Below, in pieces: positions 45,607 to 54,893 of a stretch of 64,000 nucleotides of DNA (position 1 is its first letter; each line of letters opens with the position of its first letter). Under the pieces are notes generated by a model that had not been told where the DNA came from, ran no database searches, and worked only from the letters and a program-made list of their open reading frames with translations. The DNA lies in the NCBI RefSeq assembly GCF_030646925.1, contig NZ_JAUSKL010000102.1:3457-67456 (forward strand), in the 5' to 3' direction. Both the position numbers and the translations under genes were made by a program. Origin of the DNA: Candidatus Binatus sp. GTDB taxonomy: Bacteria; Desulfobacterota; Binatia; Binatales; Binataceae.

Positions 45607-46563
45607 TCAGTGCAGGTCCAGGTGCAGGTTCATCGGGCTGCCGCCGCGGCTCACCGTCAGGTCGATCGACGGTTTGTTCTGCACTGAGCCCATCAAGCTC
45701 ATCGCCTGCATCGGATTGGTCACCGGCTGTCCATCGATCGAGGTGACGAGGTCGCCATTCTGCATGCCGATTTGTTCGAACACCGAGCCGGGTTTCACTT
45801 CAGAGATCGCAAAGCCATCGGTCTTGCCGTTTTCGACGTGCGGAACCGCGCGCATCTGAGTGAAGAGCATCGCCGGGTTCTGCATTGTCTTGGCGACTTC
45901 GGCGCGGCTGGCCGCGAAATTGCCGGGACTCAGTTTCTTGATGTTCAGCTTGCTGCTGGTGTTGTCGTCATCGTTGTCGTCGGGTTCCGGCTCAGTCGCC
46001 TCGCCGTTCGGCGCGAATGGAGGACGCGGGCCGTGTCGCATATGCGGCACCGGCATCGACGGTCCCCCAAGCTGCGACGGCTCGACCGCCGGCATTTCAC
46101 TAACCGGCATCTCGAGTGCGACGCGGCGTCCGTCATGATCGACGATCGCGCGCGTCCGCTCGACGCTCACCAGCTTGCCCGCGTCGGGGATATCGTCGCC
46201 AACCTTGTAGAGCGACTGCTCGCCGTTCTGGTCTTCGATCACGGCGTACGGCTTCGACTTCGAGAGCATCGACGTGCCGAGCAATTTCAGATGAAGATCC
46301 TCGACCACCACTGGCGGCGGAGCCGCAGCTTCCTGCGGCACGAGGTTGAAGACGTCGCGCTTGACGATCGATTCGTAAAAGGGGCGAGGCCTGAGTCCGG
46401 ACGGGAGACGCGGTTGAGCGATCGCTGCGGGCGCAACGATTTTGTCGGACATAACGCGACGTGCGATCACGTCATTGACGCATTGCGCCGCGAAGTAGGC
46501 CAGCCCCGCGATCAGCAGGAAATTCAGCGCGGTAACATGATGCTGCGTGAATCGGAGTTCCAT
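45607..46563 (-). CDS. type II secretion system protein C-like (TM + HR region + PDZ)
   Basis: N-terminal TM segment, YESIVKRDVFNL, and C-terminal PDZ motif GMQNGDLVTSIDGQPV. Confidence 0.7.
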   Translation of the reverse strand: MELRFTQHHVTALNFLLIAGLAYFAAQCVNDVIARRVMSDKIVAPAAIAQPRLPSGLRPRPFYESIVKRDVFNLVPQEAAAPPPVVVEDLHLKLLGTSMLSKSKPYAVIEDQNGEQSLYKVGDDIPDAGKLVSVERTRAIVDHDGRRVALEMPVSEMPAVEPSQLGGPSMPVPHMRHGPRPPFAPNGEATEPEPDDNDDDNTSSKLNIKKLSPGNFAASRAEVAKTMQNPAMLFTQMRAVPHVENGKTDGFAISEVKPGSVFEQIGMQNGDLVTSIDGQPVTNPMQAMSLMGSVQNKPSIDLTVSRGGSPMNLHLDLH

Positions 46564-46582
46564 CGGCTAAAGGATCTCCCGG

Positions 46583-47947
46583 TCAGACGAATGGTTCAGC
46601 GTCATAGGCGCATCCTGCGACGAGCCGGCTCACATCGTAGTTCCACTCGCCCTTCCATCGGCTGATCACAAGACTCGCCTGGCTATGCCCGCTGCGCACG
46701 AGGTCCATCAGGCGCAGCAAATAGATGCTCTCATCGTCGCCGCGCTTGTTCAATGCTTTCTGGCGTTCGAGTCCTTGCGCCGCGATCGCGAGCAACTCCG
46801 TCCCGAGTTCCTGCATCCGGATGCGGCCGGCGCGCGCCTCAAGCCCAATCTTGTGCGCCTGGTCGGTCAGTTCAAGGCGCTCGCCAAAGCTCCAGCGTTT
46901 GACCAGGTCCCACGCCGCCGCGAGACAATCGTCGGAGTAGAGGATGCCCTTCAGCAGCGCGGGCAGCGCGAGCATGTAGCCGGGCGGCTGGCTGTCTGGG
47001 GTGCGGATTTCGATATATCGCTTCAGGCGGACCTCGGTGAAAATCGTCGTCAGATGATTGGTCCAGTCCTCGACCGTCGCGCGTTCCTTGCCGAAGCCCT
47101 GCTCGAGATATTTGCGAAACGTGATTCCCGGCCGGCGCGTCAGATCGACGTATTCGTGATTGCGGACCAGGAAATACATCGGCACGTCGAGCGCATACTC
47201 GGCGTATTCCTCGAACGAACAATCCTCGCCCAGCGCAAATTCGAGCGTGCCGCTGCGATCGTTATCGGTGTCCGTCCAGATGTGCCCGCGGAAGCTCTGA
47301 TAGCCGTTGAGGCTGCCGTCGCTGAGCGGCGAGTTGGCGAAAATCGCGTACAGGATCGGCACGATTCCCATGCTGACGCGCAGCTTGCGCATCGCGTCGC
47401 GCTCGCCGGAGTAGTCGAGGTTGGCCTGCACGCCGGCGGTCTGCTTCATCATCCGCTGGCCGAGCCGGCCCTTGCGCGCCATGTAAGGATACATGATGTG
47501 ATAGCGCGCCTTCGGCAACAGCTCGATCTGATCGATTCGGCTGACCGGTTGCATCCCAAGACCTAGCAGCGTCGCGCCGATCTTGCCGGTTACTTCGACC
47601 AGTTGATCGACGTGCTCGGCGAACTCGTGATGCGCGCAGTGGATCGTGTCGCACTGCTCGCCGGACAACTCGATTTGCCCGCCGGGTTCGATCGTGATCG
47701 CCGCGCGTTTGCTCTTCAGCGCGAGGATTCGGCCGTGCTCGTCCTCGGGTTCGAAGCCGTAATCGTCGGCCATCCGGCGCAGTAATTCCTCGACGCCGCC
47801 GGGGCCCGAAAATGGCAACGCACTGCCGTCGGCAGTGCGAACAGCGACCTTCTCGTATTCGGTACCGACTCGCCACTGGTCGCGCGGCTTCGCGCCAGCC
47901 TCGAAGTAGCGGATCAAATCCTCTTTCTTTTCAAGCAGATCGCTCAT
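46583..47947 (-). CDS. gshA: glutamate--cysteine ligase, GCS2 (plant/alpha-proteobacterial) type
   Basis: Start moved to ATG 47947 (MSDLLEKKED). Motifs WRVGTEYEK, ITIEPGGQIELSG, RGHIWTDTDNDRSG. Confidence 0.85.
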   Translation of the reverse strand: MSDLLEKKEDLIRYFEAGAKPRDQWRVGTEYEKVAVRTADGSALPFSGPGGVEELLRRMADDYGFEPEDEHGRILALKSKRAAITIEPGGQIELSGEQCDTIHCAHHEFAEHVDQLVEVTGKIGATLLGLGMQPVSRIDQIELLPKARYHIMYPYMARKGRLGQRMMKQTAGVQANLDYSGERDAMRKLRVSMGIVPILYAIFANSPLSDGSLNGYQSFRGHIWTDTDNDRSGTLEFALGEDCSFEEYAEYALDVPMYFLVRNHEYVDLTRRPGITFRKYLEQGFGKERATVEDWTNHLTTIFTEVRLKRYIEIRTPDSQPPGYMLALPALLKGILYSDDCLAAAWDLVKRWSFGERLELTDQAHKIGLEARAGRIRMQELGTELLAIAAQGLERQKALNKRGDDESIYLLRLMDLVRSGHSQASLVISRWKGEWNYDVSRLVAGCAYDAEPFV

Positions 47948-48211
47948 CAATTGCGGCTCCTGACTAAGCGGCCCGCCCCCAAGCGCGCCTATCATGGCCC
48001 CAGACGCTATCCGAGGCAAGCAGGTGTGCGCTGCGGCCGCGAATGGTCGTCTATCAGGAGGATAGCGCCGCGGCGAAACTGAACTTAGCGATCGATCCAG
48101 GTGCGATTGTTCGATTGTTCGATCGCCGCCAGCGTCATAGGATTCTGCGCGAGCCGGATTCTTGCGCGATGCGCGCGCCGCGTTCGGCAGGCAGGAGCAG
48201 GGGAGGAATCG

Positions 48212-49723
48212 ATGCCTCAAGTCGTACTTGCGATCGACCAGGGAACTACCGGCACCACGGTGTTCGTGGTCGATGGCCGCGGACGGATTCGAGGCCGCGC
48301 TTACGCCGAGGTTCGCCAGTTCTATCCGAAGCCTGGATGGGTCGAGCACGATCCCGAGGAAATCTACCGCTCAGTGATCGCGCTATCGAAAAAAGCGATC
48401 GCGCAATCGAAAGTCGGAGCTGATGCGATCAAGGCCGTCGGCATCACGAATCAGCGCGAGACATTCGTAGTGTGGGATCGGCGCAGCGGCAAGCCGATCC
48501 ATCGCGCGATCGTGTGGCAATGCCGCCGAAGCGCGGCTATCTGCGACGTGCTTCGCGATCGCGAATCCGAGGTGATCGAGCGCACGGGACTGATCGTCGA
48601 TCCTTATTTCTCAGGCACCAAGCTCAAATGGCTGCTCGACGAAAAGCCTGAACTGCGCAGGCGCGCCGCGCGCGGCGAGCTATGCTTCGGCACGATCGAC
48701 ACCTGGCTCATCTATAAGCTCACGCGCGGCGCCGGGTTCGTCACCGACTACACCAACGCGTCGCGCACGATGATGTTCAATCTGGCGCGGATGGAATGGG
48801 ACGACGAGATGCTCGCGATGCTCGAGGTGCCGCGCGAGATGCTGCCGGCGGCGGTTAGTTCGCGCGGTCCGCTGGCCGAGACATTGCCCGGCATGATCGC
48901 GGCGCGCGCGATCCCGATCGGCGCGGTCATCGGCGATCAGCAATCGGCGTTGTTCGGGCAGGGTGCAGTTGACGCCGGCGATTCCAAAGCCACGTACGGC
49001 ACCGGCGCATTCCTGCTGATGAACACCGGCGACAAGATCGTGCGTTCGAGAAATCGCCTGCTGACCACCGCCGCGCTCGGACCGGAGGGAGAACCCTGCT
49101 ACGCGCTCGAGGGGTCGGTTTTCATCGCCGGCGCCGCCGTGCAATGGCTCCGCGACGGACTCAAGCTGATTCGGAACGCCGCCGATAGCGAACGCGCCGC
49201 GCGCCTCAGCAGGGATCGCTCGACGCCATACGTAGTGCCAGCGTTCGTCGGGCTCGGCGCGCCGCATTGGGACAGCGGAGCGAAGGGCGCGATTCTCGGC
49301 ATCACTCGCGGCACGACACGCGCGGATATCGTGCGCGCGACGCTCGACAGTATCGCCTACCAGGTGCGCGACGTGATCGTCGCGATGGAATCCGACACGG
49401 GGCATCCGCTGAGCGAACTACGCGCCGCCGGCGGCGCGACCGAGAATCGCTACCTGATGCAGTTTCAAGCTGACATCCTGGGCAAGCGCGTGCGGCGCGC
49501 GAAGGTGATCGAGACCACCGCGATGGGTGCGGCGATGCTGGCGGGGCTAGCTGCCGGGATATGGCAATCACAGCAGCAACTCACGCGTCTGCATCGTGGC
49601 AGCGCGCTATTCAAACCGAAAATGCAAGCCGCGGAACGCGAGCAATTGCTCGCCGGATGGCACGATGCGGTCTCGCGCGTGCTGACGACGAATGCGCGCG
49701 CAATCGAGGAATCACATGCCTGA
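48212..49723 (+). CDS. glpK: glycerol kinase
   Basis: Motifs VLAIDQGTTGTTVFV, GWVEHDPEEIY, GITNQRETFVVWD. RBS gggagga lies upstream. Confidence 0.95.
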   Translation: MPQVVLAIDQGTTGTTVFVVDGRGRIRGRAYAEVRQFYPKPGWVEHDPEEIYRSVIALSKKAIAQSKVGADAIKAVGITNQRETFVVWDRRSGKPIHRAIVWQCRRSAAICDVLRDRESEVIERTGLIVDPYFSGTKLKWLLDEKPELRRRAARGELCFGTIDTWLIYKLTRGAGFVTDYTNASRTMMFNLARMEWDDEMLAMLEVPREMLPAAVSSRGPLAETLPGMIAARAIPIGAVIGDQQSALFGQGAVDAGDSKATYGTGAFLLMNTGDKIVRSRNRLLTTAALGPEGEPCYALEGSVFIAGAAVQWLRDGLKLIRNAADSERAARLSRDRSTPYVVPAFVGLGAPHWDSGAKGAILGITRGTTRADIVRATLDSIAYQVRDVIVAMESDTGHPLSELRAAGGATENRYLMQFQADILGKRVRRAKVIETTAMGAAMLAGLAAGIWQSQQQLTRLHRGSALFKPKMQAAEREQLLAGWHDAVSRVLTTNARAIEESHA

Positions 49724-50351
49724 CGACCGTAAGCCCATCGTGACGGTGCTTTATCCCGAGCAATACGAGCAGGCCGCGGTCGCGCTCGGGCGCGCCTTCA
49801 TCGACGATCCCACCTTCAAGCCGATTCTGCCGGATATCAACGAACCGGTCGCGCGCGCCGAGCATCTGGCGGACCTGTTCCGCGTGATGCTGGCAATCGA
49901 GCGCCGCCACGGGCAACCGACGTTCGGCGTGATCGAGGGCGGGCGCGTGATGGGTGCGGCGGTGACCGAAGGTATCGCGCATCCGACGACGGTTGGATTC
50001 ATGCTGGCCGGGATTCCGGAGATGCCGCGGCTCGTGCGCGCGATTGGATGGAGTGGAATTGTGCGCGCGATGCAGATGTTCGGCGTGCTCGCGGAGAACC
50101 ATCCCAAGGAGCCTCACCTGTATCTGCAGTTGCTAGGCGTCGATCCGGCGTACCAGGGCAAGCGCTTCGGCGGCGCGCTGCTCGATCGGCTCAAGCTTGA
50201 AGCGGCGATGAGGCCTGACATCGCGGGCGTCTATCTCGAGACCGCGACCGAGGCCAACGTCGCCTACTACAGCGGCAAGGGCTATGAAGTGCTAAGTGAG
50301 ATCTTTCCGCTGGGCGTGAGAATGTGGCGGATGTTCCAGCGCAAACGCTGA
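49716..50351 (+). CDS. GNAT-family acetyltransferase
   Basis: Motifs LQLLGVDPAYQGKRFGGALL and YLETATEANVAYYSGKGYE. Overlaps the glpK stop by 8 nt. Confidence 0.8.
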   Translation: MPDDRKPIVTVLYPEQYEQAAVALGRAFIDDPTFKPILPDINEPVARAEHLADLFRVMLAIERRHGQPTFGVIEGGRVMGAAVTEGIAHPTTVGFMLAGIPEMPRLVRAIGWSGIVRAMQMFGVLAENHPKEPHLYLQLLGVDPAYQGKRFGGALLDRLKLEAAMRPDIAGVYLETATEANVAYYSGKGYEVLSEIFPLGVRMWRMFQRKR

Positions 50352-50368
50352 ACCGCGAAGGAGCTTTA

Positions 50369-50716
50369 CTACTCCATCCTGCTGGCGCCGCGCGGATGGA
50401 TCGTCGTCACGCGCAGCCCCTTCGACGTCCATCCCACGTCGAAGCCGACGATGTCGCCTTCGCTGATCAGCTCGATTCCCGGCATCGAGCCGCCAATCCC
50501 CGCGCCTATCACCGTGACGAAGGGAAATTCAAAAGGAACCTCCTTGCCGCTATGAGAACGCACGACGCCGCGGCCGCGTGAGCGGTCGAGCTTCAGGATC
50601 ATGCCTTGATAGAAATTTCCGGGAAAGCGTTCGCTGTCGTATTCATCGGCCACGTTGATCGAATACCATTCCTCGGCTCCGCGCAAAAGTGGGGCATATC
50701 CACTGGGCCCGTCCAA
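50369..50716 (-). CDS. small hypothetical protein (possible OB/cold-shock-like core)
   Basis: 115-aa ORF containing RGRGVVRSHSGKEVPFEFPFVTV. The start is uncertain. Confidence 0.4.
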   Translation of the reverse strand: MDGPSGYAPLLRGAEEWYSINVADEYDSERFPGNFYQGMILKLDRSRGRGVVRSHSGKEVPFEFPFVTVIGAGIGGSMPGIELISEGDIVGFDVGWTSKGLRVTTIHPRGASRME

Positions 50717-50904
50717 TTCTCTGATCGCCAGTCGGCCCTTCTTAGCTCCCCAGACGATGATTGTAACAATCTATCCGGTTTGCGCGACGGCGCACCCTTG
50801 CGTCATCATCGCGCAGCAGAGTTGTCGCATAGCGTTCGCGGCGATCGCCGTGTGGGATCAAACTCTCGATGAACGATTCTACCGACTTTCAAGAGGGCGA
50901 GTCC

Positions 50905-52317
50905 ATGAAAAAAACGGCGACGAATCTTCTCTTTTCGATCTCGGCGGTTTTGGTTTTCGCGCTATCGCTCGCGACCAGCGCATCCGGCGGAAACAACACC
51001 GGCCTCGGGGACGGCGCGCTTAGCAGCAACACCGGCTTCTTCAATACCGGGCTCGGTTACTTTGCGCTGTCAAACAGCAACTCGGGTCAAGCAAATACCG
51101 CTACCGGATACAGAGCCCTCTTCTCGAACACCACTGGCTCCAGCAATACCGCTACCGGAGAGAATGCCCTCTACTTTAACAGCACGGGACATGACAATAC
51201 CGCCGCCGGATTCCGAGCTCTCATGAGCAACAGTACGGGCTATTACAACACCGGCACCGGGCTGTACGCGCTCTACTCCAATAGCTCAGGGTTCGACAAC
51301 ACCGCCACCGGAGTATTTTCGCTCTTCAGCAACACCACGGGCAACTACAATACCGCTGACGGACTGAATGCACTCAAGTACAACACCACCGGCCACGACA
51401 ATACGGCTACTGGATTGCAAGCCCTGTACAAAAACACCACGGGCTACGACAACACCGGCACCGGGCTGGACGCGCTCGCCTTCAACACCACCGGGTTCGA
51501 CAACACCGCCAGCGGAGTATTTTCGCTCCTAAACAACACCACAGGCAGGAACAATACCGCTCAGGGAGCCAATACTCTTTTCAGCAACACCGCCGGCATT
51601 TTCAATACCGCGAGCGGCGCGCAAGCGCTGTACAGCAACAGCACGGGTAATTACAACACGGCGGACGGCCTCCAAGCCCTGTACAAGAACACGACCGGCC
51701 AATACAATACTGTTATCGGTTTCCAGGCAGGCTTTTTTCTAACCACCGGCAACAACAACATCGATATCGGCAATCGCGGTCTCGCGGCCGAAGCCAATAC
51801 TACTCGCATCGGCGTGCAAGGGACCCAGACCGCCACCTACATCGCCGGTATCACTGGTAGTGCGGTCTCGGGTAGCGACGTAGTGGTTAATGGCGCCGGG
51901 CGGCTAGGAGTCGTAGTGTCGTCTGCGCGCTACAAGCGCGACATCAACGACATGGGTGCTACTACGAACGAGTTGATGAAGCTTCGGCCTGTAACATTCC
52001 GCTACAAAGACGATCCGCAAGCAACCAAGCAATATGGCCTCGTCGCGGAAGAAGTAGAGCAAGTCTATCCCGAGCTGGTGGTTCACAATGCCGAAGGTAA
52101 GGTCGAGTCGGTGCGCTACTCGATGCTAAGCTCGATGCTGCTGAACGAACTACAGAAGCAGACCAGCGAAGTCGCCGAAATGAAGCTCCAATTGAAAGCG
52201 AGTAAGGAGCGGGAGGCGGCAATGCGAGCTTCCTTCGACGAGCGAGTATCCAGGCTGGAACGCACGATGGCGGCGCGGAGCGACGATCGCAATCTCGCAG
52301 CCGCCACTGATCGCTGA
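50905..52317 (+). CDS. secreted tail-fibre-like repeat protein with C-terminal S74 intramolecular-chaperone (endosialidase chaperone) domain
   Basis: Signal peptide MKKTATNLLFSISAVLVFALSLATSASG, then 17-residue repeats NTAxGxxALxxNTTGxx, then SSARYKRDI...LRPVTFRYK...GLVAEEVEQVYPELV...VRYSML. GC is 33/60 in line 51301-51360. Confidence 0.8.
   Translation: MKKTATNLLFSISAVLVFALSLATSASGGNNTGLGDGALSSNTGFFNTGLGYFALSNSNSGQANTATGYRALFSNTTGSSNTATGENALYFNSTGHDNTAAGFRALMSNSTGYYNTGTGLYALYSNSSGFDNTATGVFSLFSNTTGNYNTADGLNALKYNTTGHDNTATGLQALYKNTTGYDNTGTGLDALAFNTTGFDNTASGVFSLLNNTTGRNNTAQGANTLFSNTAGIFNTASGAQALYSNSTGNYNTADGLQALYKNTTGQYNTVIGFQAGFFLTTGNNNIDIGNRGLAAEANTTRIGVQGTQTATYIAGITGSAVSGSDVVVNGAGRLGVVVSSARYKRDINDMGATTNELMKLRPVTFRYKDDPQATKQYGLVAEEVEQVYPELVVHNAEGKVESVRYSMLSSMLLNELQKQTSEVAEMKLQLKASKEREAAMRASFDERVSRLERTMAARSDDRNLAAATDR
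51094..51756 (+). repeat. 13 consecutive in-frame 51-nt (17-codon) tandem repeats, with degenerate copies on both sides
   Basis: The protein reads NTATGYRALFSNTTGSS / NTATGENALYFNSTGHD / ... / NTVIGFQAGFFLTTGNN, each unit exactly 17 residues. Confidence 0.9.
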
Positions 52318-52393
52318 CGTTTCACAAGCGCATCAAAGCCGATAGAGTTTGCCTGATCGCGGACGGCGACCGACCGCGCGATCGTCAAATGAG

Positions 52394-53158
52394 ATGACCG
52401 AATCCGCCAACAACGGAGGCGCACCCGCGCCATCGCTCGCGCTCCGCGGCCTGGGCCTCACCAAGGTGTATGGCGGCCGCGCCGTCGTCGATCACGTGGA
52501 CGTTACGGTGAAGCCGGGCGAAGTCGTCGGATTTCTCGGACCGAACGGCGCCGGCAAGACCACCACGTTCTACATGCTGGTCGGATTGCTCAAGCCCGAT
52601 TCGGGCCGAATCGTGTTCGGCGACGAGGACATCACGCGCCTTCCGCTCTATCAGCGAGCGCGGCGCGGAATCTCCTATCTGCCGCAGGAGCCGAGCGTAT
52701 TTCGCAAGCTGACTGTCGAGCAGAATCTGCTCGCGGTGCTCGAGACGCTGCCGCTTAGCGAAGAGGAGCGCCATGCGCGGCTGCAATCGCTGCTCGACGA
52801 GTTGGGAATCGCGAAGCTCGCGAAGGCCAAGGCCGGGGTGCTTTCTGGCGGCGAGCGCCGCCGCGTCGAGATCACTCGCGCCTTGGTGCTCGATCCGACC
52901 TACCTATGCCTCGACGAGCCGTTCGCGGGAATCGATCCGATCACCGTGGTCGAGATTCAGCGCGTCGTCTCGTACTTGAAGGAGCGCGGAATCGGCGTGC
53001 TGATGTCCGATCACAATGTTCAAGCAACACTTTCAATTATCGATCGCGCGTATATCATCCACGCCGGCAAGATCCTGTTCGAAGGCAAGCCGCGCGAAAT
53101 CGTCGCGAGCGATCAGGTGCGCCAGGTCTTTCTTGGCGAACGATTCGAAATGCGTTGA
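52394..53158 (+). CDS. lptB: LPS export ABC transporter ATP-binding protein
   Basis: Motifs GFLGPNGAGKTTTFYM, ISYLPQEPSVFRKLTV, LSGGERRRVEITRAL, LDEPFAGIDP. Confidence 0.9.
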   Translation: MTESANNGGAPAPSLALRGLGLTKVYGGRAVVDHVDVTVKPGEVVGFLGPNGAGKTTTFYMLVGLLKPDSGRIVFGDEDITRLPLYQRARRGISYLPQEPSVFRKLTVEQNLLAVLETLPLSEEERHARLQSLLDELGIAKLAKAKAGVLSGGERRRVEITRALVLDPTYLCLDEPFAGIDPITVVEIQRVVSYLKERGIGVLMSDHNVQATLSIIDRAYIIHAGKILFEGKPREIVASDQVRQVFLGERFEMR

Positions 53159-53174
53159 AGAAGAGCGCTTCGGC

Positions 53175-53975
53175 CTACGGACGGTAAGACGAAGGAGGCG
53201 GATAGGAAGGATAGCTCGGATAGCTTGGATATCCGCCGTACGTCCGATATCCCGAGCTGAAGCCGCCGTAGCTGCCGCCACCGAAACCGCCGCTACCCAT
53301 GCTCATACCGCCGCCGCCCATCATCCCGAGCAGGCCCATCATCATCAGGAGGCCGCTCGATGAGCCGGCCGTACCACCGTAGGCGCTGCCATACGACGGA
53401 TACTGTCCCGCTCCCTGCTGCTGATAGGCGTAGGCGTCGGGAGGCAGATTGTTTTGATAATCCTGCACCGAACCGGTCGAGCCGTACGGATCCGTGCCGT
53501 CGGGCGATTGATAGGAAGGCGCGGGATTTGGCGTCGATCCGCCCTTTGAGTTCGCCAGTTCCGGGCTGACCTTGATTCGGTTATCGACCACCAGCGTGGG
53601 ATCTTTCAGATAATTGCGCGCCTTCTGCTCGGCGTCGGATTTGCCGAAGTCGGTCGCGACGAAGCCGAACAGAATCGCCTGTCTGCCACCCGACGGACTG
53701 CTCACGACCTGCGCCCCCACCAGTGGCAAACTATGATGCTTCAAATAGTCGGACAATGCCTGGCTTTGCGACGAATCGATCGTCCCGCCGACGACGGTGC
53801 CGGCGCTCGACGGCGCGGCCGGATGCGAGGTCGTTCCGTACGCGCCCGAACCGCCAACCGAGGACGATCGATCGACGCCGCCGGTAGTCGGCGAACTTTG
53901 TATCGGCGCGCAGGCGGCCAATCCCAGTGCGAGGGCCAATGCGATGCTGGCCAATGCTGATGGGACTTTTCTCAT
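53175..53975 (-). CDS. lipoprotein with BON-like domain and Gly/Ser/Tyr/Met/Pro-rich low-complexity tail
   Basis: Lipobox LALGLAAC. BON-like segment LVGAQVVSSPSGGRQAILFGFVATDFGKSDAEQKARNYL...VVDNRIKV. Tail: GLLMMMGLLGMMGGGGMSMGSGGFGGGSYGG...YPSYPSYPSYPPPSSYRP. Confidence 0.7.
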   Translation of the reverse strand: MRKVPSALASIALALALGLAACAPIQSSPTTGGVDRSSSVGGSGAYGTTSHPAAPSSAGTVVGGTIDSSQSQALSDYLKHHSLPLVGAQVVSSPSGGRQAILFGFVATDFGKSDAEQKARNYLKDPTLVVDNRIKVSPELANSKGGSTPNPAPSYQSPDGTDPYGSTGSVQDYQNNLPPDAYAYQQQGAGQYPSYGSAYGGTAGSSSGLLMMMGLLGMMGGGGMSMGSGGFGGGSYGGFSSGYRTYGGYPSYPSYPSYPPPSSYRP

Positions 53976-54052
53976 GCCATGGATTATATGCCTGCGTGAC
54001 TCGCCCTACAATTGCGGGTTTTTCAACGCGCAGGCGGCCTCGCTCGCGATGC

Positions 54053-54847
54053 TCAGTAGCCGATTTCCAGCATGAAATCCCGCACCAGTTGATTGAAGGC
54101 ACCCGGCTGCTCGAAATAGATCGAATGCCCGCAATCGGGCACCGTGCGAAGCCGCGCATCGGGCAGCGCGTTCGCCAGTGACTTGACGATCTCGGGCCGA
54201 ATCAAAGTGTCCTGCTCACCCACCATGCACAGCACCGGCATCCGCAAGCGTTCGCGAACCGCGGCCAAATCGTAGCTCTGGCCCAAGATTTGCGCGCCTG
54301 CGTCGGCAGGAGGCCGCGCTCCGAGAATCCGGATCTCGTCGTACAGAAACGCGAGCTCGGGCCGCCGCGCAAAATAATCCGCGGCATACGTCGGCAGCGA
54401 CCCAATCGGCGGCGTCGCGTCGATCGGCATTGGCCCCACAAACTCGAACTTCATGTCAGGCGTGAAGATTCCGCCCGGCGTATCGGCCAGCACCATCCCA
54501 GCCACGCGCTCGGGATGCTCGAGTGCGTAGCCGACGATCGTCCAGCCGCCCATCGATTGTCCGACCAGGACTGCCTTGTCGATTTTCAGATGATCGAGCA
54601 GCGCGCCGAGATCACTCGCGTGGGCGCGATTGAAAAGGCCGTCGGGATCGGGCGACAGGCCGAAGCTCCGCTGGTCGAGCGTGATGCATTCATACGATCG
54701 CATGAAGTAGGGCGCCTGCTGCCACCACGAGAGATGATCGCCGCCGAGGCCGTGCAGAAATACTAGCGCAGGGCCGCTGCCAACGCGTTCGTAGTAGAGC
54801 GAGAACTTCCCGATTTCGAGCCTGCCCGGCACTATCCGATATTCCAT
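54053..54847 (-). CDS. alpha/beta hydrolase
   Basis: Motifs LVFLHGLGGD and nucleophile elbow LVGQSMGG. Start at ATG 54847. Confidence 0.85.
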   Translation of the reverse strand: MEYRIVPGRLEIGKFSLYYERVGSGPALVFLHGLGGDHLSWWQQAPYFMRSYECITLDQRSFGLSPDPDGLFNRAHASDLGALLDHLKIDKAVLVGQSMGGWTIVGYALEHPERVAGMVLADTPGGIFTPDMKFEFVGPMPIDATPPIGSLPTYAADYFARRPELAFLYDEIRILGARPPADAGAQILGQSYDLAAVRERLRMPVLCMVGEQDTLIRPEIVKSLANALPDARLRTVPDCGHSIYFEQPGAFNQLVRDFMLEIGY

Positions 54848-54893
54848 GACGATCTCCCTTCGCATCACGATGCTGGATTCAGCCGAGTCGATG

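Noticed and set aside
47948-48349. N-terminal 134-aa extension of the glutamate-cysteine ligase ORF
   Set aside because: The extension is low-complexity and runs into the glpK promoter region. Conserved sequence starts at MSDLLEKKED (ATG 47947).
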